38,105 nt of DNA from a virus (taxonomy: Duplodnaviria > Caudoviricetes): the IMG/VR virus record IMGVR_UViG_3300008459_000140, positions 1 through 38,105 of that record. One strand, 5' to 3'. This document shows positions 13,546 to 22,537 of this stretch, piece by piece; within the stretch, counting starts at the first letter, position 1; each line of letters begins with the position of its first letter. Position numbers and translations under genes: made by a program. Below the pieces are notes generated by a model. It did not search any database. It was not told the DNA's origin and saw only the letters and a list, made by a program, of their open reading frames with translations.

Positions 13546-15404
13546 TATGCATAGCTAAAGGACATCTTGTCCAAGCTTCCTCTATTTGCAACCGGTGAAG
13601 GTATTTTGAATCTAGTTCCCTGTTCTGTTGAAGACATACTAGAACTGCTATTATCAACGTTGGATACTGCAGGCTGTTGGTTACCATAACCCTGTTCAAC
13701 ATCCATGGAAGCTTGAGCAACTTGATTTCCTGTAGATGGCTCAGCAGAAACTGGCTCTGCAGGGGCAGCCGCTGACTTAGCGGATGATTCCGATCCCGAA
13801 TCAGTAGCCAAATTGGTAGTGGCGCCAGATTCCGTCTTCACAGGTTCAGCTGAAGGTAGATCGCTAGCAGTTTGGGTTGTCTCAGCTCCACCACCAGCTG
13901 GAACAGCCTGCTTCAATTGATTCTCGTTGACTGCAACACCATCAGAAGGTATAGTAGGCTTGCCAGCATTGGAGACAAGAACAGCCTGACCTGGATTGGT
14001 TGGGTTATCCGGAACAGAATTCCTAGCCTCCTTACCTTCAACGTGCCAGGGTTCAGACGCAATGGGTCTTTGGAATCCGTACTTATCAAATAAACCCATG
14101 CCAACAGCTTTGTTAGCATCCGCAGAATTCATATCAAAAGCTAAACCAACCTCGTGCTTGCTTTTACCTGGTCTTGCAGCCCTTGGTGATCCATACTTAG
14201 CAAACAGCTCTGCTTGTTCTTTAGGGTCTCTGAACGCAGAATTGATTTGAATCTTGTTGCCTGTGTTATTAAAGTATTCGTAAGCAACAGCGGCTAGTCG
14301 TTTCTTGATAGCTGGATCCATTCCAGCCAAATCGATGCTTGAATCTTTTAGATTAACATACTTGGTAATATCTGCTTCTAAAGCCGCATTCTGTTCTGGT
14401 GTCGACGTCGTTTGCTTGTCAGTAGCTGCTGGATATCTACCCGCAAGTCTACTTGTTTCGCTTGCAGCTTCTTTTTGATCTGCTGCTGTAATGGTTGGAG
14501 TAGACTTCATCTTTTCCAACGCTTCAACACTCGGCTTAATTATTTTACCAATAATCGGTGTGTTTTCATAAGGTTTCAGAACGGATATCATCCAATCAAG
14601 AACCTTTTCCTTAACCCCAGAAAGAAAATTGACAACAGGATCTACGATGTACTGACTAAACAGATCTCCAGCTTGTCCAAACTTCTCAGCAATAAATTTC
14701 TTTGCAGTCACAAATAAATTATCTACAGTATCTTTAAACTCATCATCTGTGAAGTACTTGTAGATTCCATAACCAATTGTACCAACAATAGCAACAGCAA
14801 TACCAATTGGATTAGTAAAAAGGGTCAAACCTCTCATTAAGAAACCACCAGCGGATCTTAGAAACGATAGCCCACCGCTGAGAACTTTCTTAATAATATC
14901 CTTGATTGGTAATTTACCGCTTTTGAGGAAGTCAAACAAACCACCAGATTCTGTTTTATCAGATGCTTTTGGTTTATTGTCTTGACCCATCTGCACAGCT
15001 TGCCTAGCTTCCAAGCCACCTTCTTCAGCTAGACCGGATGCTCGTTGCTTATTGATAGCTTCTTGCCTAGCTCTATCCTTGAATATTTGTTTCACCTCAT
15101 CCAAAGAAGAAAGTTCTGCTCCCAACTTGGCCGCAATGTTATAAACATTATCAGAAATTTGAGTGAGTACTATGTTGCTTTGTTTGAGAATTTTAACTTG
15201 GGCGTTTGAATAGTTAGATATCTTTGTAAATGATCCTTGAAGCTGTCCGTCCTCTTTTTGCCTCTTATCATCTTCTCTCTTTTGGATCATGCTACCAATT
15301 AAAGGCATGCCCATTACTGACTCCTTCATAGAGTCTTTCATCTGTTCTTTTTTATTATTTGCAGATGATGCAACGCCTTGTTTGATTAATTGAGCTAACG
15401 CCAC
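13545..15404 (-). CDS. tape-measure/hub-like protein with M15 (VanY-like) zinc peptidase domain
   Basis: INSAFRD--EQ, PGKSKHEVGLAFD (SxHxxGxAxD), EPWHVE; NPIGIAVAIVG segment typical of tape measures; GTG start. Confidence 0.8.
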   Translation of the reverse strand: MALAQLIKQGVASSANNKKEQMKDSMKESVMGMPLIGSMIQKREDDKRQKEDGQLQGSFTKISNYSNAQVKILKQSNIVLTQISDNVYNIAAKLGAELSSLDEVKQIFKDRARQEAINKQRASGLAEEGGLEARQAVQMGQDNKPKASDKTESGGLFDFLKSGKLPIKDIIKKVLSGGLSFLRSAGGFLMRGLTLFTNPIGIAVAIVGTIGYGIYKYFTDDEFKDTVDNLFVTAKKFIAEKFGQAGDLFSQYIVDPVVNFLSGVKEKVLDWMISVLKPYENTPIIGKIIKPSVEALEKMKSTPTITAADQKEAASETSRLAGRYPAATDKQTTSTPEQNAALEADITKYVNLKDSSIDLAGMDPAIKKRLAAVAYEYFNNTGNKIQINSAFRDPKEQAELFAKYGSPRAARPGKSKHEVGLAFDMNSADANKAVGMGLFDKYGFQRPIASEPWHVEGKEARNSVPDNPTNPGQAVLVSNAGKPTIPSDGVAVNENQLKQAVPAGGGAETTQTASDLPSAEPVKTESGATTNLATDSGSESSAKSAAAPAEPVSAEPSTGNQVAQASMDVEQGYGNQQPAVSNVDNSSSSMSSTEQGTRFKIPSPVANRGSLDKMSFSYA

Positions 15405-15527
15405 TTAGTTTTCAAGCCTTTGTTTTTCTTTTTCTAAGTAATCCTTCAACATATCAACGTAAATGTCTCGCTCAAAAGGATACATCTCTTCTAATTCTTG
15501 TATTGAATATTTATGATGCTGAGCCAT
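15405..15527 (-). CDS. gp51-like small baseplate hub assembly ORF, probably the C-terminal part of a gp26 -1 frameshift product (not in ORF track)
   Basis: MAQHHKYSIQELEEMYPFERDIYVDMLKDYLEKEKQRLEN; the frame stays open upstream to the T7 run at 15581-15587; no SD before the ATG. Confidence 0.75.
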   Translation of the reverse strand: MAQHHKYSIQELEEMYPFERDIYVDMLKDYLEKEKQRLEN

Positions 15528-15568
15528 ACCAAATATTAACGTGTAATAATTGGATAAGTTATTGTGAC

Positions 15569-16276
15569 TCAGCCCAATGTAAAAAAATCGTTTAGATTCT
15601 GCAGAACAATCCTTCTTTCATTGCCCAAGCTATTTGTGTAGTTAATTTCATGCTTCAGCTTTGGCATTGTGTTGAAAAAGCTTTGAACCTTGTTGAACGA
15701 TGATACATCAAGGGAAAGGATAAACTCATCTATCTCTTCTTTCGTCGAATCTTTAATCTCATAGGTTTCGGAACCTTGTACAATTTTGTCCAAGCAGTTT
15801 CTGAGAATTGCAAATACAAGGTCTGTCTCATTCTCAACCGTTTCGAGATTACCAACTAAACTCATTTTCGGGTATTTTAAAAACAATAAGGTATTATCAT
15901 TAACTTGAATTGTAGACTCATGATTAGGATCATATGTCATTTCAAGTTTTTCAATATCAACCTCAAAATCGTAAACTAACTCATCCTCGAGGTCTCTATA
16001 TTTTAAAGATACAATGTTATTGACTGACTTTGAACGTAGTTTGATAAAGAAGTATTCAATGTCAAACGTCGTTAACTCCTCGATGTCGATAGCATCTAAC
16101 GAGCAGTTCTGTAAAACTTGTTTAACAGCGTATACAACGTCTTTAGCATCATTACTTTGCTGTGCAATCAATAGGATCTTTTCTTCTTTTACGAGAAAAG
16201 GTCTATATCTGATTTTTTGTTTAGTGCTTGGAATTTCAAGTTCAAAAGTCGGGTGCGATAATTTAGGTAAAGCCAT
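15569..16276 (-). CDS. gp26: baseplate hub assembly protein gp26
   Basis: MALPK...YRPFLVKEEKILLIA, FDIEYFFIKLRSKSV, FFNTMPKL, ends NDFFTLG. Confidence 0.92.
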   Translation of the reverse strand: MALPKLSHPTFELEIPSTKQKIRYRPFLVKEEKILLIAQQSNDAKDVVYAVKQVLQNCSLDAIDIEELTTFDIEYFFIKLRSKSVNNIVSLKYRDLEDELVYDFEVDIEKLEMTYDPNHESTIQVNDNTLLFLKYPKMSLVGNLETVENETDLVFAILRNCLDKIVQGSETYEIKDSTKEEIDEFILSLDVSSFNKVQSFFNTMPKLKHEINYTNSLGNERRIVLQNLNDFFTLG

Positions 16277-16290
16277 AATATTTTCTCCAA

Positions 16291-17112
16291 TTAGCCGAAG
16301 TATCCTCCTGTGATAACTTTGGCATTATTAATAACGTTGATAACATCACCAACACTACGGGGTTTCTTGAGTGATGATATTGTTTGAAGTGCTGTCCCAG
16401 CTTTAACAATCTGCTGGAATCCGGAAAGCGGTTTTCTGTAACCTGAAATGGGTTCACCCTTATCAGTATTGAGGATGTGTTGGAAGTATGTAAATGTTAC
16501 CTGCAACTTCATAACTTGATCATTGTCACCCCAACTGAAAGCAGTATCCGAAATAGAGATGGGAATTGCATCAACGATCTGACTACTCAGTACTCCATTA
16601 CCTGCTTCATCAAATGTTGATATCATCATTTGACATTTGTAGTCGTCTTTGAATTCAACTTCAAAAGGTGCAAGCCCGTTAGCAGTGACGGTATTGCCGT
16701 TTACAAACTGATCACTAGATACAATTCTGTTCATCCAAGTGTAAAAGAACTTGTACAAATCACCCTGGCCATCGACAAGAAATGAAACAGATATATCATT
16801 GAAAATAGCAGCGTAAGGCTTCTTTTCAACTGGACCGGTACCGTATCGTTTAGTTTCAGAAGTAGCAAACATTAAACCAGGAATATTTGCTGATTCAGCA
16901 TACAAATGCAAGTTTTCAAACATCTTACTACCATTCATAATCCTCGGTGGTTGAATAGTGACTTCAAATAGATTGGTTCTTGCAAACGACTTGTTTCTAA
17001 ATTCAGACAAGAAACCATCATAGCGGCCAGTAGCTCCTTTTGAGGAGCTGCTTTTCAGTGCTGAATATAAACCAACAGCAGATAGAGCTGTTCCTAGAAA
17101 CTTAGCGGCCAT
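16291..17112 (-). CDS. tail tube initiator-like protein (gp54/gp19 fold)
   Basis: ARTNLFEV, ESANIPG, FFYTWM, AIPISI, KLQVTFTY: tube-family motifs; position next to gp2 and gp26. Confidence 0.7.
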   Translation of the reverse strand: MAAKFLGTALSAVGLYSALKSSSSKGATGRYDGFLSEFRNKSFARTNLFEVTIQPPRIMNGSKMFENLHLYAESANIPGLMFATSETKRYGTGPVEKKPYAAIFNDISVSFLVDGQGDLYKFFYTWMNRIVSSDQFVNGNTVTANGLAPFEVEFKDDYKCQMMISTFDEAGNGVLSSQIVDAIPISISDTAFSWGDNDQVMKLQVTFTYFQHILNTDKGEPISGYRKPLSGFQQIVKAGTALQTISSLKKPRSVGDVINVINNAKVITGGYFG

Positions 17113-17693
17113 TATTGATAGATCTTTTTCTTAGAATCGGCGTAAACCTTCAACTTGTTAGCTTTAGCAAATCTTTCAAGAGGAAGAAACAATGCAACAT
17201 CCCATTGCGTGGGGTCAACCCTTAGAAAACGGGATTTAACATGATTATTTAGGTAGTGCTTTACACATGGTTCAAAGTACCTGAACTTGGCAGCGCTTTG
17301 AAGAATGCGGTAGTTGATTCTAAGTCGTGTAGTTTCATCCATGTTATCATTGTTGATTGTGTCATACAATGCATCCATTAACTTAGCCCTGAGCAGAGGT
17401 GGTAGATAGTGCATGTTAATGCCATAGAACCCATCCTGCACTTTTCTGAACGGAAACACTAATGGAAATCTATCGTAATATGGTAAATCTTCTTTCGTCT
17501 TGGGATCGTAAGCAAACAAGTACATATTACCTGCACTAATTCTATTAGTGAGAAAAGGTCCTTGCTGGATAGTAGCTTTAGGGTTGACGGAACGTACTTC
17601 AGCAGCTTTCTGTCTGAGCCAGTTGCGTGCTTCTAGAGAATTTTGAGCACCAGCCCCAGCTTTTTGAATAACGTTTTGGAATATAGTTGCCAT
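17112..17693 (-). CDS. gp2: DNA end protector protein gp2
   Basis: YDPKTK--LPYYDRFPL, GINMHYLPP--R, KHYL--HVKS, LFLP-ERF. Confidence 0.92.
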   Translation of the reverse strand: MATIFQNVIQKAGAGAQNSLEARNWLRQKAAEVRSVNPKATIQQGPFLTNRISAGNMYLFAYDPKTKEDLPYYDRFPLVFPFRKVQDGFYGINMHYLPPLLRAKLMDALYDTINNDNMDETTRLRINYRILQSAAKFRYFEPCVKHYLNNHVKSRFLRVDPTQWDVALFLPLERFAKANKLKVYADSKKKIYQ

Positions 17694-18133
17694 TAAAATT
17701 TAATTCCTAGTTCTTGTTCTGTCATTATAACAAACTTCCACTCTCTATGATCACAGTACCTTTTTGCAGCTTCCCATTTAGCACTGTTAACACCCCAAGT
17801 GTAAACTTCTCTAATATATCTCTTCGAAGCTTTTTTCTGCACTGTAGGTGGAGTTGTCTGAATTTTAGGTTTGACTTCAATTACTATGGTTTCCATAACT
17901 TTACTGGGATTGCGCTTTTTAACCAGGAAGTCGGGAAAGTATCTATGTACTTTACCGTCAATTGGGGAAACGTAAGGTATACTGAACTCTTCACTAGCCC
18001 ATTTAATCACATCAGAATGAGAATCCAGATACCTCATTAATTTTAGCTCCCAACTACTACGATAAATAATAGTTGTAGGATCTCCCATATATTTGGATGG
18101 ATTCCTTGGTTTAAAATAACCTTTATAGCTCAT
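17693..18133 (-). CDS. gp4: head completion nuclease gp4
   Basis: YKGYFKPRNPSKY-GDP, YRSSWE, WASEE, HRYFPDF, IEVKP, N-AKW-AA. Confidence 0.93.
   Translation of the reverse strand: MSYKGYFKPRNPSKYMGDPTTIIYRSSWELKLMRYLDSHSDVIKWASEEFSIPYVSPIDGKVHRYFPDFLVKKRNPSKVMETIVIEVKPKIQTTPPTVQKKASKRYIREVYTWGVNSAKWEAAKRYCDHREWKFVIMTEQELGIKF
18061..18068 (+). promoter_or_regulatory. late promoter candidate for the gp48 operon
   Basis: GATAAATA 76 nt upstream of ATG 18145. Confidence 0.5.
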
Positions 18134-18139
18134 AGGAAA

Positions 18140-18147
18140 TATTTATG
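18140..18147 (-). promoter_or_regulatory. late promoter for the gp4 operon
   Basis: CATAAATA on the minus strand, overlapping the gp48 ATG, 6 nt upstream of the gp4 ATG. Confidence 0.65.
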
Positions 18148-19227
18148 GCGTTTTTCTCTAAAGCCGCAGCCTCGGTAGCTGGGTTTGCGGCCGGAGCGGC
18201 ACTCGCAAACAAAGTAGGTAGTATTGTATCACAAACACAGCAAGCTTTCAACAAAACCCAGTTTGGTGATGTTGCAGGAGCTGCTTCTGCTGCGGGTTAT
18301 AAGCCAATCACTAAATTCAAGACCAACGAATTTCCAAATTCTCCAAGTGCGTTGGCAGCTCAGCTGTCACAGGAATCTTTAACAAATAAAGATGTGTTCG
18401 AAGTTTTGACTTATCCACAGGATATTGGTAAGTACTTTATTAAGTTCAGTTTCCAGTCTTATGTTAAAGAAGCCGCTTTGAAAATTGCCAAAGATGAGCC
18501 AACAGTTGTTGTTATTTTTCCGATCCCATCAAATTTGAATGAAAACTTTTCCGTTTCTTACAATGATGCAAAGCTTGGCCCAATAACGGGAGCAGCAGTA
18601 GATAGTGTTAAAAATCTCATGAGTGGTAATTTAAGTATGAAACAAGCCGGTGCAACAGCTGCTGAAGCTGGTGCAGTGTTAATGAGGGAGAAGGCAGCTG
18701 GTGGGCTCAAAATAGGTAAAGTCAAAATCAGTGGAGAAACTTTAACTGCTAATATTGATAAAGCAACAGGAGTTGTTCCTAATCCTCACCTGGCAGCAAT
18801 CTTTCAAGATATTGGTTTAAGAGAGCACAGCTTCACTTTTAGATTCTCACCTAAAAATAAACAAGAAGCAGATCTACTTAAAAAAATTGTTAAGACTATT
18901 AAAAGACGTATGTTACCTGGCACAGCCTTGAGTGCTGAAGCATCGACTGGTCCTCTTTTCTCTTTTCCTGACGTTGTTGATATTTCATTTGGTCCTAAAG
19001 GTACGGAACCATATAAAATTCAAAGATCTGTATTAACATCGATGACAGTTAATTACGCACCTAATGGAACACCTGCATTCTTTAAAGACGGCTCTCCGAC
19101 TGATATAGAAATTGGATTAAACTTCAAAGAAGTGAGAGTTGTTACTAGAAAAGATTATGAAGACGAGAGACAAACAACAACTCTTTCACCTTCATTAGGT
19201 AATGTTATGCCAGGAGGTGGTGCATAA
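18145..19227 (+). CDS. gp48: baseplate tail tube cap gp48
   Basis: NPHLAAIFQDIGLREHSFTFRFSPKN--EA, VLTSMTVNYAPNG, L-FKE. Confidence 0.88.
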   Translation: MAFFSKAAASVAGFAAGAALANKVGSIVSQTQQAFNKTQFGDVAGAASAAGYKPITKFKTNEFPNSPSALAAQLSQESLTNKDVFEVLTYPQDIGKYFIKFSFQSYVKEAALKIAKDEPTVVVIFPIPSNLNENFSVSYNDAKLGPITGAAVDSVKNLMSGNLSMKQAGATAAEAGAVLMREKAAGGLKIGKVKISGETLTANIDKATGVVPNPHLAAIFQDIGLREHSFTFRFSPKNKQEADLLKKIVKTIKRRMLPGTALSAEASTGPLFSFPDVVDISFGPKGTEPYKIQRSVLTSMTVNYAPNGTPAFFKDGSPTDIEIGLNFKEVRVVTRKDYEDERQTTTLSPSLGNVMPGGGA

Positions 19228-20039
19228 TGGCTGGATACTTTAACTTCTTTCCATCAACAGAATACGCTAACACGATTGTTACCAATGTAATATCAAAGGT
19301 TAAATTTGATCAAAGCGTTCAAAAAAACTTAGCTGTATTCTACCCGTACACTGTAGAGCAGGGTGAGAGACCTGATCAAATCGCAGCAAGATATTATAGT
19401 AACCCAGAATTAGATTGGGTGATATATCTTGCTAATGATATCATGGATCCTTATTATGACTGGCCTTTGAGTCAAAATCAATTTTACGATTATATTACAG
19501 CCAAGTATGGCTCTGTATCTGCCGCTCAAAGTAAAATAGCTTTCTATAGAAACAACTACGCTTCTGATGATACAGTTTTATCTGTATCTTCATACAATGC
19601 ACTTTCTCAGTACCTAAAAAAATACTTTAAGCCAGTTTTAGGTTTTAATGGGGAGGTTGTTTCATATGAAAGAAAAGAATTAGATCAAGTACTAGAAACT
19701 AATAAGGTAATTGATTTAACAATATCATCTGGTACTTTTAGCGTTGGGGATAGATTCACTCAAGGTGCTTCAAGTGGTTTTGTTACTTTTGCAAACACCT
19801 CTCATGTAGTAGTGGACAAAATAACAGGATCGTTTTCTGCGGGAGCAGCTACTGGTGCAACCATAACAGCGGCAAATACTGTTAGTCAACCATTATCTGA
19901 CATCGAAGCTTCTTATTGGGAACCAGTAACCTGTTTTACATATGAAGAAGAATTGAATGAAAGTAAACATTTCATTAAGATTCTTGATAAAGCGTATGTT
20001 GGTAAAATTGAAAAAGATATGAGAGAGCTTTTTAGATGA
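19227..20039 (+). CDS. gp53: baseplate wedge subunit gp53
   Basis: YFNFFP, GERPDQIA--YY----LDWVI--AN-I-DPYYDWPL (LysM-like), YEEELNE. Confidence 0.9.
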   Translation: MAGYFNFFPSTEYANTIVTNVISKVKFDQSVQKNLAVFYPYTVEQGERPDQIAARYYSNPELDWVIYLANDIMDPYYDWPLSQNQFYDYITAKYGSVSAAQSKIAFYRNNYASDDTVLSVSSYNALSQYLKKYFKPVLGFNGEVVSYERKELDQVLETNKVIDLTISSGTFSVGDRFTQGASSGFVTFANTSHVVVDKITGSFSAGAATGATITAANTVSQPLSDIEASYWEPVTCFTYEEELNESKHFIKILDKAYVGKIEKDMRELFR

Positions 20040-21277
20040 CCAATTATGAAGTCGGTGATGTTATAATCAAAGATATTACCTTGAGTAATAAAAACACCAA
20101 AGCTGAAATTAATCCTTCTGATCAAATTTCATCTATTGACATCTATGAAGATTTTAATTCTCCAACTTTATATGCTGAGATAACCTTTGACGATAAGATT
20201 GGATTAATAAACGATTTTCCAATCATAGGTGAAGAATTATTTGAAATTACATTCCAGACTCCCGGTCTCTCTTATCCGACAACTTACAAATTCAACACGT
20301 ATGCTGTTTCAGATGTACAGCAACAGATGAATGGTAAAGGATACACTTACACGCTTAAGTGTGTCAGCAAAGAGCAGTTAACTCAGAGTAATATTAATAT
20401 TGTTCATAGTTATAATGAAACTATCAATGATATTGTTAATAACATTTTCACTAGGTACCTTGAAACAGATAAAATATTAGATATTGATCCTTGCAAAGGC
20501 AACGAGACTATAGTGTTCCCCAAAGTTACACCTTTTGTAGCTATAGATATTATCAGAAAAAGAGCCGTACATCCAAAATACTTCTCGTCATCATTTGTAT
20601 TTTTTGAAAACCAAGACGGGTTTAACTTCAAATGCATTGAGCAAATGATGGAAGATGGTAAAGCTAAAATTGGCTCTAAAAAATTCTACTATTTTAGCAA
20701 TGGTCAAAAGGATAAGAACACCGAAGCATTAATGTTTAGAAGTATTATTGAATATGAGAATATCGGTAGAACAGACTTAACTGATGTGATACAAGAAGGT
20801 GGTATTAAAAATAGAGTCAAGACATTTGACATCTTTTCTAAAAAAGTGAGTGATACAACTTTTGATATGACTCAGAAATTTTCCCAAATGGTCGGATCAG
20901 ATAAAAAGAACACGCTTAACATTTCTGAATCAATGATTAAAGATTTTGCTAATGAACCTACATTTAACTTCTTCATTCCTAAAGACACAAACAGGAAAGA
21001 AAACTTCTTAGAGAATATGATGGGAGCTAGATTAGCTTACCAAAAGCTTTTTAATTCCAATTTTGTCAGAGCTTACATTCCAGGTGACTCTTCTATCAAA
21101 GCTGGGGATGTAATTGAACTCAATCTTCCAAAGGCTTCTGGTACAACAGAAGCAAAAGGAACAGATGATCTAGTAGACGGCAATTACATTGTTACGAGAT
21201 TGAGACATAATATAACGACAGTTGGTAAAACTAAGCATTACATTTCATTTGATTGCAACAAGGTTGGTTTAGGATGA
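20036..21277 (+). CDS. baseplate hub protein (gp27-like)
   Basis: IDIYEDF, PIIGEE, FVFFEN--GFNF, IPGDS---AGDVI, GNYIVT--RH; lies between gp53 and gp5. Confidence 0.7.
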   Translation: MTNYEVGDVIIKDITLSNKNTKAEINPSDQISSIDIYEDFNSPTLYAEITFDDKIGLINDFPIIGEELFEITFQTPGLSYPTTYKFNTYAVSDVQQQMNGKGYTYTLKCVSKEQLTQSNINIVHSYNETINDIVNNIFTRYLETDKILDIDPCKGNETIVFPKVTPFVAIDIIRKRAVHPKYFSSSFVFFENQDGFNFKCIEQMMEDGKAKIGSKKFYYFSNGQKDKNTEALMFRSIIEYENIGRTDLTDVIQEGGIKNRVKTFDIFSKKVSDTTFDMTQKFSQMVGSDKKNTLNISESMIKDFANEPTFNFFIPKDTNRKENFLENMMGARLAYQKLFNSNFVRAYIPGDSSIKAGDVIELNLPKASGTTEAKGTDDLVDGNYIVTRLRHNITTVGKTKHYISFDCNKVGLG

Positions 21278-22107
21278 CGACAAAGAATCTAGGAGCTGAA
21301 GGCTTCTTTTGGTGGTTTGGTGTTGTTGAGGATAGGGATGATCCTCAGAAGCTCGGCCGTGTTAAAGTCAGAGTCCACAACTTCCATGGTGATAAAGTCA
21401 AAACACCAACTGCTGACTTGCAGTGGGCTTTCATTATTATGCAACCGACAAGTGCTAGTTACCAAAAGACAGGTTTGTCACCAACTGGTTTAATGGTTGG
21501 ATCCACTGTAGTAGGCTTCTTTGCTGATGGTGGTGAAGGGCAAATGCCTATGATACTTGGATCGTTGCCAGGTATTGAGGATAAGGATCCAGCTAAGCAC
21601 GATGTTACTCTGCTTGCTCGTGAGGTGAACCCACTAAATAAAAATACAGTTGGTCCCGAGCCAGCTTCTGCGTATTCTGCGACATATCCCTATAATAGAG
21701 TATATCAATCAGAAAGTGGCCACATCATTGAGTTGGATGATACTCCCAACAAGGAGAGGATTCATGTTTTTCATAGAACTGGAACCTATACTGAGATCAA
21801 CCATGAAGGCAGAAGAGTTAATAAGATAGTTGGAGATGACATCGAAGTCGTTCTCAAAGATAAGACTGTTTACATTCAAGGCAATGCAAAAGTAGAGATC
21901 AAAGGTAATGTGGATGTTAAGGTTGATGGAAACTACAACCTCAATGTTTCTGGGGATATAAAGATTAATGGGAAAACAATCAATCTCAATCAAGGCTCGA
22001 ATGGTGCAGCTCGAGTTGGTGATACAGCTGATACACAGGATCCTGGTGGAGCTGTTGGAACTAATAAGATTGAGTCTGGATCAAGTACAGTATTCATAGG
22101 CGGCTAA
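21274..22107 (+). CDS. gp5: baseplate spike gp5, short and lysozyme-less, with PAAR-like C-terminus
   Basis: WWFGVVEDRDDPQKLGRVKVR OB-fold, YPYN-V--SESGH--E-DDTP, V-GN beta-helix repeats; ATGA-coupled start at 21274. Confidence 0.9.
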   Translation: MTTKNLGAEGFFWWFGVVEDRDDPQKLGRVKVRVHNFHGDKVKTPTADLQWAFIIMQPTSASYQKTGLSPTGLMVGSTVVGFFADGGEGQMPMILGSLPGIEDKDPAKHDVTLLAREVNPLNKNTVGPEPASAYSATYPYNRVYQSESGHIIELDDTPNKERIHVFHRTGTYTEINHEGRRVNKIVGDDIEVVLKDKTVYIQGNAKVEIKGNVDVKVDGNYNLNVSGDIKINGKTINLNQGSNGAARVGDTADTQDPGGAVGTNKIESGSSTVFIGG

Positions 22108-22108
22108 T

Positions 22109-22537
22109 ATGGCAATCGTAGTAAGAAAAACAAAAACAACTCCGCAGACAGCCAAGCCGCTAGTCTATTCTGACTTCTATTCTAATTTTGATTTAGAGTC
22201 GGTCAAGAAAGACTTGCTTTCATATAAGAACGAAGACTCTGTTAAAAGATCTATTAGAAACATCCTCTTAACTGATAAGGGTGAAAGATTCTTCAATCCT
22301 ACATTTGGTAGTGATATTAGAAAGATGTTGTTTGAGAACTTCTCACCATCTACAGAGCAAGTCGTTGCTGACTTAATTAAAACCGCAATTGGAAATCACG
22401 AGCCAAGAGCAAATGTGATCGATGTCAATGTTTCTGGCAACCCAGACCAGAACTCGATGTACATTAATATTGTTTTCAGCGTAATAAATAAAGCTGAACC
22501 TGTTACCTTAGAACTCATTTTAAATAGGATCCGATAA
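22109..22537 (+). CDS. gp25: baseplate wedge subunit gp25
   Basis: SVKRSIRNILLT--GERFFNPTFGS, EPRA, L-RIR. Confidence 0.93.
   Translation: MAIVVRKTKTTPQTAKPLVYSDFYSNFDLESVKKDLLSYKNEDSVKRSIRNILLTDKGERFFNPTFGSDIRKMLFENFSPSTEQVVADLIKTAIGNHEPRANVIDVNVSGNPDQNSMYINIVFSVINKAEPVTLELILNRIR

Noticed and set aside
17693-18133. TnsA transposase or mobile element
   Set aside because: The TnsA-like fold is expected for T4 gp4; conserved position beside gp2, no terminal repeats.
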